A stretch of DNA of 64,000 nt from an uncultured Alphaproteobacteria bacterium (GTDB lineage Bacteria > Pseudomonadota > Alphaproteobacteria > HIMB59 > GCA-002718135), in contig CACGTA010000001.1 of assembly GCA_902575815.1 (NCBI GenBank), positions 8,147 to 72,146 on the forward strand, in the 5' to 3' direction. Shown here piece by piece: positions 53,115-62,538 of this stretch. The position numbers and the translations under genes are program-made. Below the pieces are notes generated by a model that saw only the letters and a list, made by a program, of their open reading frames with translations, was not told where the DNA came from and made no database searches. Positions within the stretch are counted from its first letter, which is position 1, and each line of letters starts with the position of its first letter.

Positions 53115-53142
53115 ATGTGGGGATGATTGTGTTTAATTCAAG
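53115..53142 (-). promoter_or_regulatory. Sigma-32 (RpoH)-type heat-shock promoter
   Basis: The minus strand reads CTTGAA-N14-CCCCACAT, a close match to the CTTGAA/CCCCATNT consensus. It lies ~60 nt upstream of the ibpA ATG. Confidence 0.55.
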
Positions 53143-53148
53143 TCTTTG

Positions 53149-53805
53149 TTATTTCTTTCTTATAAACGATAATCCATCAGATAAAGGCAGAAGAGAGAAT
53201 TCCACCCTTGTGTCATTTTGTATTTTTAAATTTAAATCACGTATAGTTTTTGTTTGAGAGTCTTGTTTAGTTTCATCTGCCACATCACCGTGCCAAAGCA
53301 TATTATCAATAATTATTATTCCATTAGAAACTAATAGTTTTAGCGACAGTTCGTAATAATTTGGGTAATTATTTTTATCAGCATCTATAAAAATTAAATC
53401 ATAACACTGTTTACGGTCTATCATGCTTTGCATTACCTCAACACCATCTCCAATAATCGATTCAATTTTGGAGCTCATATTATCTAATTCCCAATATTTT
53501 TTTGCTAAGGATAAAAATTCATCTGAATTATCAACAGTTACGATTTTCCCCGATTCAGGTATACCTCTAGCCAAAAACAAAGTGCTCATCCCTGTAAACC
53601 TTCCAATTTCTAAACAGTTTTTAGCATTAGAAATTTTAGTTATCATTTCTAAAAACTGACCTTGTTCTTTTGCAATCTGCATTTGGGAAACACTACCAAG
53701 TTTTAAAGTTTCATTTTCTAGTTCAGTAATTATTTTATCTTCTCGGTAACCTACGCTTTGTAAGTATTGTACTAGTGCTTTATTAATTTCAGTTTGAGTG
53801 CTCAT
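53149..53805 (-). CDS. Class I SAM-dependent O-methyltransferase (family 3, caffeoyl-CoA OMT-like)
   Basis: 218 aa with LEIGRFTGMSTL (motif I) and DLIFIDADKNNY blocks. Confidence 0.8.
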   Translation of the reverse strand: MSTQTEINKALVQYLQSVGYREDKIITELENETLKLGSVSQMQIAKEQGQFLEMITKISNAKNCLEIGRFTGMSTLFLARGIPESGKIVTVDNSDEFLSLAKKYWELDNMSSKIESIIGDGVEVMQSMIDRKQCYDLIFIDADKNNYPNYYELSLKLLVSNGIIIIDNMLWHGDVADETKQDSQTKTIRDLNLKIQNDTRVEFSLLPLSDGLSFIRKK

Positions 53806-55115
53806 TAATTTATGGTTTCAAATATTTCAGATAGTTTTTGAGTTTTTTTATCTGAAATAATGAAACAGCCTTTTATTTTATTTATTAAATTATCATCTAT
53901 ATTTTTACTTGAGTATAAACTTAACAGAGGAGTTGAGGAATTTACTTCATCGCCTATATTGAGAACATTATCATATCCAACTCCATAATTTATTTTATCG
54001 GTAACCTGTTTTCTACCACCTCCAAGTTCAATAAGTATAAGGCCTAATTCTCTGGTATGAATATTTTCTATCCACCCACCCTCAATAGAAAATATATCTT
54101 TTTGAATAGATGTATTGGTTAGATCTTTTTCATAAGATGTTAAAATATTTTTTGGTCCACCCAAGGCTGCAACCATCATTTCAAATTTTTCTGCAGCTAG
54201 TCCATTATTAATAACAGTATTAATTTTATTATAAGCCTCTTCTTTTGAAATTTTATAAATGTTTACTAATAGCGAAGATATTAATTCATTAGTGATCTTC
54301 TCTAATCGATGATCTTTAAAATCATTTTTAATATATTTTATGCATTCTAATATCTCCAGTGTATGACCAGCACTTTTACCTAGGACCTGATTCATATCCG
54401 TTAATATAGCTTCGCAATTTAAACCTGCTCCTTTAGCGACTCTTACTAAGGAGTTCGATAAATCTCTTGCTATATCAATAGTGCTATTAAAAGATCCATT
54501 ACCAACCTTTACATCAAGTACTAGAGATGAAAGACCACTTGCAATTTTTTTTGAAAGAATAGATGATGTTATTAAAGGTAAAGATTCTACTGTACCTACA
54601 ATATCCCTTATAGAATATAATTTTTTATCAGCTGGTGCTAAGTTAGAGGTTTGACCAATAATTGCACAACCAACGTCTTTTACAACTTTTTTAAAAGTTT
54701 CTAAATCAGGCTTTGTATTGTACCCAGGTATTGAATCAAATTTATCTAGAGTACCACCGGTATGACCCAAACCTCTACCTGAAATCATAGGTACATACAG
54801 TCCACAAGCTGCAAGAATTGGTGCTAAAATAATGCTCGTCTTGTCTCCAACACCACCAGTTGAGTGCTTATCACAAACCAACTCAGAATCTACAATCTCA
54901 GACCAATTTATTGTATCGCCTGAGTTCGTCATCGCTTCAGTTAAACAAACAGTTTCTTCAGGAGTCATTCCATTTGAAAATATTGCCATGCTCATTGCTG
55001 CAATTTGTGCATCCGAAAAAGATCCATTTGTTAAACCGTCTACAAAAAAGTTGATATCTTCTTTTGATAGATCTTTGTTGTCTCTTTTTTTTCTAATTAT
55101 CTCTTGAGGTATCAT
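53805..55115 (-). CDS. deoA: Thymidine (pyrimidine-nucleoside) phosphorylase
   Basis: N-terminal IIRKKRDNKDLSKEDINFF, and the HSTGGVGDK and GRGLGHTGGTLDK motifs. Confidence 0.9.
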   Translation of the reverse strand: MIPQEIIRKKRDNKDLSKEDINFFVDGLTNGSFSDAQIAAMSMAIFSNGMTPEETVCLTEAMTNSGDTINWSEIVDSELVCDKHSTGGVGDKTSIILAPILAACGLYVPMISGRGLGHTGGTLDKFDSIPGYNTKPDLETFKKVVKDVGCAIIGQTSNLAPADKKLYSIRDIVGTVESLPLITSSILSKKIASGLSSLVLDVKVGNGSFNSTIDIARDLSNSLVRVAKGAGLNCEAILTDMNQVLGKSAGHTLEILECIKYIKNDFKDHRLEKITNELISSLLVNIYKISKEEAYNKINTVINNGLAAEKFEMMVAALGGPKNILTSYEKDLTNTSIQKDIFSIEGGWIENIHTRELGLILIELGGGRKQVTDKINYGVGYDNVLNIGDEVNSSTPLLSLYSSKNIDDNLINKIKGCFIISDKKTQKLSEIFETIN

Positions 55116-55923
55116 CGAATTGAACTTCTTGTATAAATTGTTTAATTAAATTTAAAACATTGTTCTCTGCTAAACTTGCATTCTCTAAAGTTTCCTGATG
55201 ACTTAATTTTGTTTTATTCATACCAGCAGCTAAGTTGGTGATTACGCTGATACCAATAACCGGAAGTCCGCAATGATTAGCAACTAAAACTTCTGGTACT
55301 GTAGACATTCCAACTGCATTTCCACCTATTACTTTTAAGGCATTGATTTCAGCAGGAGTTTCAAAATTTGGTCCTGAGTACATACAATAGATACCTTCAT
55401 AAATTTTTTGATCTATTTTTTTAGCGACTTGTATTAACTGATCTCTATAAAACTTGTGATACCCATCACTCATATCATGAAAACGAGGGCCATACTCTTC
55501 AGCATTGGGTCCAATAAGTGGATTAAAACCACTCCAGTTAATATGATCTTTAATTGCCATTAGACTACCAGCCGGCATAGCTTCATCTAAACTACCTGCT
55601 GCATTTGTAACAACTAATAACTTAGACCCAATGTCCTTCAATACTCTTATAGGTGAAGCTAAACTTTGGGGATTATGCCCCTCATAAATATGTGATCTTC
55701 CATACATACAAACAACATTTAAATTATTTATTTTTCCTAAAACTAATTTACCTGCGTGACCTTTGACAGTTGGCTGTGGAAAATCAGCTAACTGTTCATA
55801 TGAGATTGATTCTTGAATATCTTTTTCTTCAAAAAAATTAGTTAGTCCACTTCCTAAAATTACGGCAATATCGGGTGAAGTATTATTTGTTATTTCTAAA
55901 AATTTTTTTGCCGAGGGTAACAT
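55093..55923 (-). CDS. Purine nucleoside phosphorylase (trimeric PNP family)
   Basis: Blocks VILGSGL, GRSHIYEG, NAAGSL and MSTVPEV. It is 276 aa. Confidence 0.85.
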   Translation of the reverse strand: MLPSAKKFLEITNNTSPDIAVILGSGLTNFFEEKDIQESISYEQLADFPQPTVKGHAGKLVLGKINNLNVVCMYGRSHIYEGHNPQSLASPIRVLKDIGSKLLVVTNAAGSLDEAMPAGSLMAIKDHINWSGFNPLIGPNAEEYGPRFHDMSDGYHKFYRDQLIQVAKKIDQKIYEGIYCMYSGPNFETPAEINALKVIGGNAVGMSTVPEVLVANHCGLPVIGISVITNLAAGMNKTKLSHQETLENASLAENNVLNLIKQFIQEVQFDDTSRDN

Positions 55924-56339
55924 TAAAGATTCTCTGGGCCAAAAGAATCTGGAAGTAATTCTTCGAGCGTAGATGTTTTCATATGACCATTTTCATTACA
56001 CATATGAATCTTAGTATCTAAAGTAGCAAATTCTCTTAACCTCTGTCTACAACCACCACAGGGGGAGCATAATAATTCACCTGAACCTATAACCACAACT
56101 TCTAAAATTTTTTTGTTTCCATTAGATATCATATTTCCAATTGCAGTTGCTTCGGCACACTGGGATTGAGGATAGGCTGCATTTTCAACATTACAACCAG
56201 TAATAATTTTACTATCTTCTGTTAGAAAAGCTGCTCCTACTTTAAAATTTGAATAAGGCACATGAGCTTGCTCTCTAACTTTTTTTGCAGCCTTGAATAA
56301 ACTATCAAAATTTTCTGAAACCATATTCTTGTTTAACAT
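55923..56339 (-). CDS. cdd: Cytidine deaminase
   Basis: CAE and PCGGCRQ zinc motifs. It is 138 aa. Confidence 0.9.
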   Translation of the reverse strand: MLNKNMVSENFDSLFKAAKKVREQAHVPYSNFKVGAAFLTEDSKIITGCNVENAAYPQSQCAEATAIGNMISNGNKKILEVVVIGSGELLCSPCGGCRQRLREFATLDTKIHMCNENGHMKTSTLEELLPDSFGPENL

Positions 56340-56365
56340 GAAATTACTAAAAAAATTATTTATTT

Positions 56366-57517
56366 CTAAATCTTAAACAATTCTTGTGACAAATCAGGAA
56401 GTTCGTCTCCCCAAAAAACTTTTTTACGCAAAAATTCTGGATCTTGGTTAAAACAAATTGACATTGCAGAATTATAAACAGCCCTGGAATCAATAGTCGA
56501 ATTTAGATCTCTTCCCTCAAACAATTCTTTCTTTTTTAGTCCAGGCCAATCTGTATAAACTTGAGATTTTTTTAACAAGCCTCCAGCCATTAGTATTGCA
56601 CTTCCATATCCGTGCTCAGTTCCATACCCTCCATTTTGTTTTATAGTTCGGCCAAATTCAGTAAGAGTAAGAATTAGTGTATTATCAAATGCTTGGCCAA
56701 GATTTTCATGTAAAATAGTAACAATTTTATTTACCTCTTCTAGTTCGTCAGCATGCGCTCCATCAACACCTCCTTGAGCAGCATGGGTATCGAAACCATC
56801 TAAATCAAATACAGCAACTCGAGGACCACTTTGATCTTTTAATTGTTTAGCAGCTTCAAGAGCAAGTTTTTTTCTATCATCAGAGTCAGTAGCTATTTGC
56901 ATAGACAATGGTCTTTGTCTAATTGTATCAAGTGTAGATTTAATTAGCTCGTTATGCTCACCTTTAAATTCATTATAAATTTGATCTATTAACTTTGTTT
57001 CAACAAAATCTGGTGATGGGAAGAAATTATTATTCTGTGGCACGCCTCTTAATAAAAGTGGCATTGGTAAAGATATTGCCAGACCTTTTCCTATAATATT
57101 TGAAGCTAGTAATCCTCTACCAAGCCATCCTGTTTTTTCTTTGTATGGAATGTGTGCTCCAGTTTCCATTAAATTTTGCCCATCAAAATGTGATCTACCT
57201 GTGTAAGGAATATTTGTTGCATGAACAAATGCCGCTTGATTTTTTTGCCAGAGTTTATGAAAAATTTCTAATTTAGGGTGAAGACCAAAATCACTGTTCA
57301 AATTAAGAACGTCTTCCAGAATAAGTTTTTTTCTCAATTTTTTAAGACGTTTATCTCCAATAACAGGAACCGCTGTTAAACCATCCATTCCCCCACGAAG
57401 TGATATAATAATTAGATTTTTTTTCTGCATTGAAGCAAAACTTATTTTTGGAAAATATCCAGAAAGAAACAATGTTGTTGATCCTCCAATTAAAAAATTT
57501 CTTCTTGTGCAGTTCAT
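56366..57517 (-). CDS. DUF1501-family protein (alkaline-phosphatase/sulfatase-like fold), Tat-exported
   Basis: Tat-like leader TRRNFLIGG, and the SLRGGMDGL and TEFGRT blocks typical of DUF1501. Confidence 0.8.
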   Translation of the reverse strand: MNCTRRNFLIGGSTTLFLSGYFPKISFASMQKKNLIIISLRGGMDGLTAVPVIGDKRLKKLRKKLILEDVLNLNSDFGLHPKLEIFHKLWQKNQAAFVHATNIPYTGRSHFDGQNLMETGAHIPYKEKTGWLGRGLLASNIIGKGLAISLPMPLLLRGVPQNNNFFPSPDFVETKLIDQIYNEFKGEHNELIKSTLDTIRQRPLSMQIATDSDDRKKLALEAAKQLKDQSGPRVAVFDLDGFDTHAAQGGVDGAHADELEEVNKIVTILHENLGQAFDNTLILTLTEFGRTIKQNGGYGTEHGYGSAILMAGGLLKKSQVYTDWPGLKKKELFEGRDLNSTIDSRAVYNSAMSICFNQDPEFLRKKVFWGDELPDLSQELFKI

Positions 57518-58950
57518 ATTTTTAATACTCCTGGCAAATTACAAATGACTCCATACTTTTGTCCTAAATCATAATCTGATGTGCCAAATCTAAAATTATC
57601 AATAAGAGACGCCATATTTTCATGATCTTCAAAATTATTTTTAAGACAAGATAAAATAAAACCATGGGATCTGTTTCCAGATTTAACAAGCATTGGAAGT
57701 TCAACTGAAGCAAACCAAAAGCGGCGTAATAATAATTCTGGCGACACCCAATCTACCTCCAAATCACTCCAACCATTAGGTTGTTTGGCACGATAAGGTG
57801 AATGGCCTATTTCTCTAAGTATCCATGATAATTGTCTTTGTCTGTTATTTGGCTTCGACTTAAAAGTATAATTCATTTTTTCAAAAGAAAGCGGAATATT
57901 TAAATCAAACATTCTAGATAATTGCATTAACCATATTTCAGGTGGATGAAATTTATGTGTAATCTCATTATACTTATAAGCTTGCGTTATAACTGCTTTG
58001 TGAATTTCAATTAAGTTTCCATTGGATTTGTTCCATGCTTCTATTACTGGATCTATCATTTCTTCTGTTGGTTCATCTGTAATAAAATGCCTGCATAATT
58101 TTGTTGAAACAAATTTGATACAGATTGGGTGTGTTGCCAAATCATGAATTACTTTAGCAAGTTCTCTTTTTGCGTCATTTTTATATTTAACCCCTAAAAC
58201 AATTTTATCTCCTTTTTGATGCATTTCTTGATCAAACCATATATCGCCGGTTTCTAAATTTTTTCTATCCCATTTGTGAGCCCAACCTGTCATGATATAG
58301 GCTAATTGAATCACATCTTCCTGTGTGTATCCAGCATTTGGAGATACTGTATGTAACTCTAATAATTCTCTTGCATGATTTTCGTTTATAGTTTCTCCCC
58401 ACTCCATTCCTTTTTTAGAATTAGGGCCAAAAGATTCTGAATTATCAAGGTGATGAATCATACACCATGAAGTCGTAACTGACTGGACCATTTCTTCAAA
58501 AGTTTTAACCATGTTGGGTCTAATAATTTCACGTTGATAGGGTCCGGTACTAAACTCTGCTAGAAAATCTTTTTCACTTATTGCAAAATGATTTCCCCAA
58601 AAAAGCCAGAAACGCTCGAAAACAGGTTGTTTTGAATACTTTGTTTGAAAATGACGAATAGCATGTTCATTTAATTCAAAATATCTTTCACCAGTTTTTA
58701 TTCTTAATTCATCTTTTGCTTTTCTATAAGCATGTTTATCATTTTTAAATTTTTTTCTTAAAACTTCTCTATCTCCATACACCCATTCACCATATTTTTT
58801 TCTTAAATCTTTTTCTGTTGGGATTGTTCCAGGCCACAAGAGATCAGGTATGGTATCTAATTGATTTATTGCCCAATTAAGAGGATCTTTATCTGGATTT
58901 TCATTTGGCGACAGGCCAAACGCTACTCGTCTATAAAAATTTAATGACAT
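57514..58950 (-). CDS. DUF1800-family protein
   Basis: 478 aa. It overlaps the DUF1501 gene by 4 nt, which is the invariant DUF1800-DUF1501 pairing. It also has the ELHT and WxNHF-type blocks. Confidence 0.7.
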   Translation of the reverse strand: MSLNFYRRVAFGLSPNENPDKDPLNWAINQLDTIPDLLWPGTIPTEKDLRKKYGEWVYGDREVLRKKFKNDKHAYRKAKDELRIKTGERYFELNEHAIRHFQTKYSKQPVFERFWLFWGNHFAISEKDFLAEFSTGPYQREIIRPNMVKTFEEMVQSVTTSWCMIHHLDNSESFGPNSKKGMEWGETINENHARELLELHTVSPNAGYTQEDVIQLAYIMTGWAHKWDRKNLETGDIWFDQEMHQKGDKIVLGVKYKNDAKRELAKVIHDLATHPICIKFVSTKLCRHFITDEPTEEMIDPVIEAWNKSNGNLIEIHKAVITQAYKYNEITHKFHPPEIWLMQLSRMFDLNIPLSFEKMNYTFKSKPNNRQRQLSWILREIGHSPYRAKQPNGWSDLEVDWVSPELLLRRFWFASVELPMLVKSGNRSHGFILSCLKNNFEDHENMASLIDNFRFGTSDYDLGQKYGVICNLPGVLKI

Positions 58951-59001
58951 ATATAAAAAAAATAGTTTACATATATTTATAATTTTTAAAAATAAAATTT
59001 A

Positions 59002-59652
59002 ATGAAAAATATACCTCTTAAAATTTGTGGCATAACAAATGTGAAATCTGTTGAAGTGGCACATAAAAATAAAATAAAATCATTAGGTTTTGCCAGTAAA
59101 AATTTAAATGGACCAAACACAGTTAGTGATAAAAAAATACAATCATTAATTAAAGAATGTAAGAATTATAAGATAGAATCAGTTCTTCTGACTCGGTATG
59201 TATCTTTAGACAAGCTAATAGAACAAATAGATTTTACAAAACCAAAGACAATTTCATGTTCATATCATTTTCCCAAAAAAGATTTATTAAAAATAAAAAA
59301 AATATTTAGAAGATTAAAAATTGGTATTGCAATTAATCCAGAAAGTTTTGATAAAAAATACATTGAATCAATTAGAAAAATTGTTGATGTTATTTATTTT
59401 GATATGAATGTTTATAGGAAAAAGAGTATTAAAAAGTACTCATTGAAAAAAAGTATTAAACAAATACAGTTCATAAAAAGTAAAAATATTCCAGTTTATA
59501 TTGGTGGTGGTATAGACAAAAAAAATGTTTCCAATATTCTAAAACAAATAACACCTTTTGGATTAGATATTTCTAGAAGCTTGAAAAATCAGAGAAATTT
59601 AATTTCTGAATCAAAACTCAAAGATTTATTAAATCAAATTTCGGTAGGATAA
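59002..59652 (+). CDS. Phosphoribosylanthranilate isomerase-like (TrpF-like) TIM-barrel protein, divergent
   Basis: N-terminal LKICGIT and C-terminal GGGI...NV....PFGLDISRS resemble TrpF. The central part is very K/I-rich and poorly matching. Confidence 0.5.
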   Translation: MKNIPLKICGITNVKSVEVAHKNKIKSLGFASKNLNGPNTVSDKKIQSLIKECKNYKIESVLLTRYVSLDKLIEQIDFTKPKTISCSYHFPKKDLLKIKKIFRRLKIGIAINPESFDKKYIESIRKIVDVIYFDMNVYRKKSIKKYSLKKSIKQIQFIKSKNIPVYIGGGIDKKNVSNILKQITPFGLDISRSLKNQRNLISESKLKDLLNQISVG

Positions 59653-60129
59653 TCGTTTAATAATATATTTATTTTGCAACTCTTTCGATAACACTTTTAT
59701 TGATTTTTTTTCAAGCGGATGTCTAAAAAATGGATCAATATCAAGTATTGGATATAACACAAAGTCTCTTTCAGCTGCTCTTGGATGAGGAATTATTAAA
59801 TTTTTTTTATTAAATTTTTGTTTGCCAAAAAAGATAATATCCAAATCAATGTTTCTTGGACCATTAATAATTTTTTTATTTTTTTTTAATTTTTTTTCAA
59901 TTTCATATATATTATTTATTAATTCTAATGGCTGCTGATTGGTTAATAGCTTTATTGCGGTGTTAAAAAAATTACTTTGTGATTTATATCCATAAGGAGA
60001 AGAAATATAAATATTTGCAAATTTTTTTATATTACCAATATTTTCTAACTCTCTAACGGCACACCGTAAATTAAATATAGCATTACCTAGATTTGAACCA
60101 AGTGCGATTATTGTTTCAGTTTGATACAC
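59629..60129 (-). CDS. folK: 2-amino-4-hydroxy-6-hydroxymethyldihydropteridine pyrophosphokinase
   Basis: The IALGSNLG, GPRNIDLDII and PHPR motifs are present. Confidence 0.85.
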   Translation of the reverse strand: MYQTETIIALGSNLGNAIFNLRCAVRELENIGNIKKFANIYISSPYGYKSQSNFFNTAIKLLTNQQPLELINNIYEIEKKLKKNKKIINGPRNIDLDIIFFGKQKFNKKNLIIPHPRAAERDFVLYPILDIDPFFRHPLEKKSIKVLSKELQNKYIIKRLSYRNLI

Positions 60130-60460
60130 TTAGTGATTCAGCTCCATATTTTTTTGCTACAGCTGTTTTATTAATTGTAATTTTAACTTTTTTTATTTTA
60201 AATTTTTTTTCAAGAACATTGGATGTTTTTATTATTAAATGCTCAAGAGTATGTGATTTAGATTCCTTTATAAAAGTTTTTAAATATTTTGTAATAGATG
60301 AATAATCCTTAACATTATTTATATTGTTTAAATCTAGTGAGTTTTTAACAGGATAGATAAATTCTAATGTTACCTTTAATAACTGTTTTTTCTTTCTCTC
60401 TTGAGCAGTGATACCTATATTTGCACTGATGGATAAGTTTTTAATTTCTACTTTGAACAT
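60116..60460 (-). CDS. folB: Dihydroneopterin aldolase
   Basis: 114 aa with the IGITAQER motif. It sits between folP and folK with overlaps on both sides. Confidence 0.7.
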   Translation of the reverse strand: MFKVEIKNLSISANIGITAQERKKKQLLKVTLEFIYPVKNSLDLNNINNVKDYSSITKYLKTFIKESKSHTLEHLIIKTSNVLEKKFKIKKVKITINKTAVAKKYGAESLSVSN

Positions 60461-61266
60461 AGTTCTTCAAAAATCTTTAATGATTGAGACGTTTCTTTTA
60501 TGTCGTGAACTCTAAATATATCAACTCCCTTTTGATAACAATATAATGCAGAAGCGATTGAACCTCCCAATCTTTGATTTGTTTCACTTTTATCTATGAA
60601 GTTGATCCAGCTTTTTCTAGATGATCCTAATAATAATCCATATCCCTTAAACTTAAACTGATTAATTTTTTGCATGATTTCTATATTCTGTTTTAAATTT
60701 TTACCAAAACCAATACCTGGGTCAAACCATACTTTGGATGATGGAATTTTTATTTTTTCTAATTGTTTAATTTTCTGAAGAAATATTTTTTTAATATCTT
60801 GTACAACATTATTATATGAGTGTATTTTCTTTTGCATAGTTTTGGGTGGTGCAGGTGTGTGCATTAAAATTAAACCAGTTTTAAATTTTTTAGTTAAAAA
60901 GAATAAATCTTCTGAGCCGCCGAAGACATCATTTATAATATGAGCTCCCATATTCAATGCATATTCTTGAGTTTCAATTTTATTAGTATCAACCGATATG
61001 ACAAATTTATTTTTTGGCAATTTTTTTAATATCGGTTCTAATCTTTTAACTTCTTCTTTGTGTGTTAAAGGATCTGAACCAGGTCTTGTACTTTCTGCCC
61101 CAATGTCAATAATACTTGCTCCATTTTTAACCATTTCTTTAATATTTTTTAGTGCATCTGAACTTTTAAAACTCTTTCCACCATCACTAAAAGAGTCAGG
61201 AGTGACATTGCATATTCCCATTACCGTTGGACTAGTTAGTTTAAAATTATATTTCCCTAATTTCAT
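60448..61266 (-). CDS. folP: Dihydropteroate synthase
   Basis: GICNVTPDSFSDGG, IDIGAESTRPG, DPGIGFGK and SRKS motifs. Confidence 0.9.
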   Translation of the reverse strand: MKLGKYNFKLTSPTVMGICNVTPDSFSDGGKSFKSSDALKNIKEMVKNGASIIDIGAESTRPGSDPLTHKEEVKRLEPILKKLPKNKFVISVDTNKIETQEYALNMGAHIINDVFGGSEDLFFLTKKFKTGLILMHTPAPPKTMQKKIHSYNNVVQDIKKIFLQKIKQLEKIKIPSSKVWFDPGIGFGKNLKQNIEIMQKINQFKFKGYGLLLGSSRKSWINFIDKSETNQRLGGSIASALYCYQKGVDIFRVHDIKETSQSLKIFEELCSK

Positions 61267-62018
61267 TTCAATAATATTTTTGAATATTTTTTTGATAAAA
61301 AATTATATATTTTCATTGAAGACCTATACCAATTAAACTGTTTAATAAAAGAAATACTAACCACACCTTTACCAGAGCCAACTAAAAGTATTTCACTAAA
61401 TTGATGTAAACTAGAAATATTAATATCTGTTCTATAAATTTTATAAGGTAGATTTTTAATTAAGTATTCTAGAGTAATTCCGTAATAATAGTAATTTTTT
61501 GGAATAAATAATTTATTACCATTTACAAAAATTAAATTGGTCGTAGAACCTTCTAAAATTTTATTGTTAAAGTAAAAAAGGATCTCTTCTTTTTGTAAAT
61601 TAATTTTTTTTTGCAAAGAAATTATTTTTTTGTACTTTAAGTTTTTGAAGTTTGGTAAAGCCCGTTGGAATCTAAAAAATTCTGCAGTAAAATACTTATG
61701 ATCTTTGTTTCGTTTACGCACAGATAATGAGATTATTTTTTTTGTGACTGCAATTCTTAATAGGTGGTCGTAATTTTTAATTTTAGAATATTTATTTAAA
61801 AAATTGGTTAAAAGATTTTTTGAAATTTTAATATCAATGCCAAAATATCTTAAATCTTTATTTAGTTTTTTTAAATGTTCATCAACTAAGATAAAATTTG
61901 GCTCTTTGCCAAATAGTCTAATGGTTGTAAAGATGCCCTTGTATCCCCAAAGAGAATTGAACTTAAGTAATTTAAAATTCTTAGCGTGAAAGGATTTTTT
62001 TAATAAGATATTTTCCAT
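61263..62018 (-). CDS. pabC: Aminodeoxychorismate lyase (class IV aminotransferase fold)
   Basis: It is 251 aa and contains the EGSTTNLIF block. Its position between pabA and folP supports the call. Confidence 0.6.
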   Translation of the reverse strand: MENILLKKSFHAKNFKLLKFNSLWGYKGIFTTIRLFGKEPNFILVDEHLKKLNKDLRYFGIDIKISKNLLTNFLNKYSKIKNYDHLLRIAVTKKIISLSVRKRNKDHKYFTAEFFRFQRALPNFKNLKYKKIISLQKKINLQKEEILFYFNNKILEGSTTNLIFVNGNKLFIPKNYYYYGITLEYLIKNLPYKIYRTDINISSLHQFSEILLVGSGKGVVSISFIKQFNWYRSSMKIYNFLSKKYSKILLK

Positions 62019-62538
62019 TTGTAGTTAAAAATGAATCTGGGTGAAACTGTAATCCATAGGCTTTATTAATATCATCTTCAACCGCCATTGCTACATTTGT
62101 TTTTACACAACGCATTGTAATTATCATTGATTTAGAAACAAATGGTTCAGCCATTTTTAAGGAATGATATCGACCTCCTAAAAAATTAAAATTTTTTTTA
62201 AAAATTGATTTATCGTTAGTAACTTTAATATGACTCTGATAACCATGAAGAATATTTTTTTGTTGAACTATTTTAGCTCCTTCACAAAAAACTATTTGTT
62301 GGAAACCTAAACATATTCCTAATATTTTTTTCTTTCCTTTATATTTATTGTAAATCTTAGTTGTTAATGGATAATCTTTTGGTTCACCAGGGCCTGGTGA
62401 AAGAACGATGGTCGAAGATTTTTCTAGTTTTGTTTGATCTATTTCATAATAATTTGAAACAAATGTTGGTTCAATACTATCTAGTAGATGAGCTAAATTG
62501 TATGTGAATGAATCTTCGTGATCAATGAGATAAATCAT
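61981..62538 (-). CDS. pabA: Aminodeoxychorismate/anthranilate synthase glutamine amidotransferase component
   Basis: Triad motifs GICLGFQ and LQFHPDS. It is 185 aa. Confidence 0.85.
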   Translation of the reverse strand: MIYLIDHEDSFTYNLAHLLDSIEPTFVSNYYEIDQTKLEKSSTIVLSPGPGEPKDYPLTTKIYNKYKGKKKILGICLGFQQIVFCEGAKIVQQKNILHGYQSHIKVTNDKSIFKKNFNFLGGRYHSLKMAEPFVSKSMIITMRCVKTNVAMAVEDDINKAYGLQFHPDSFLTTNGKYLIKKILSR

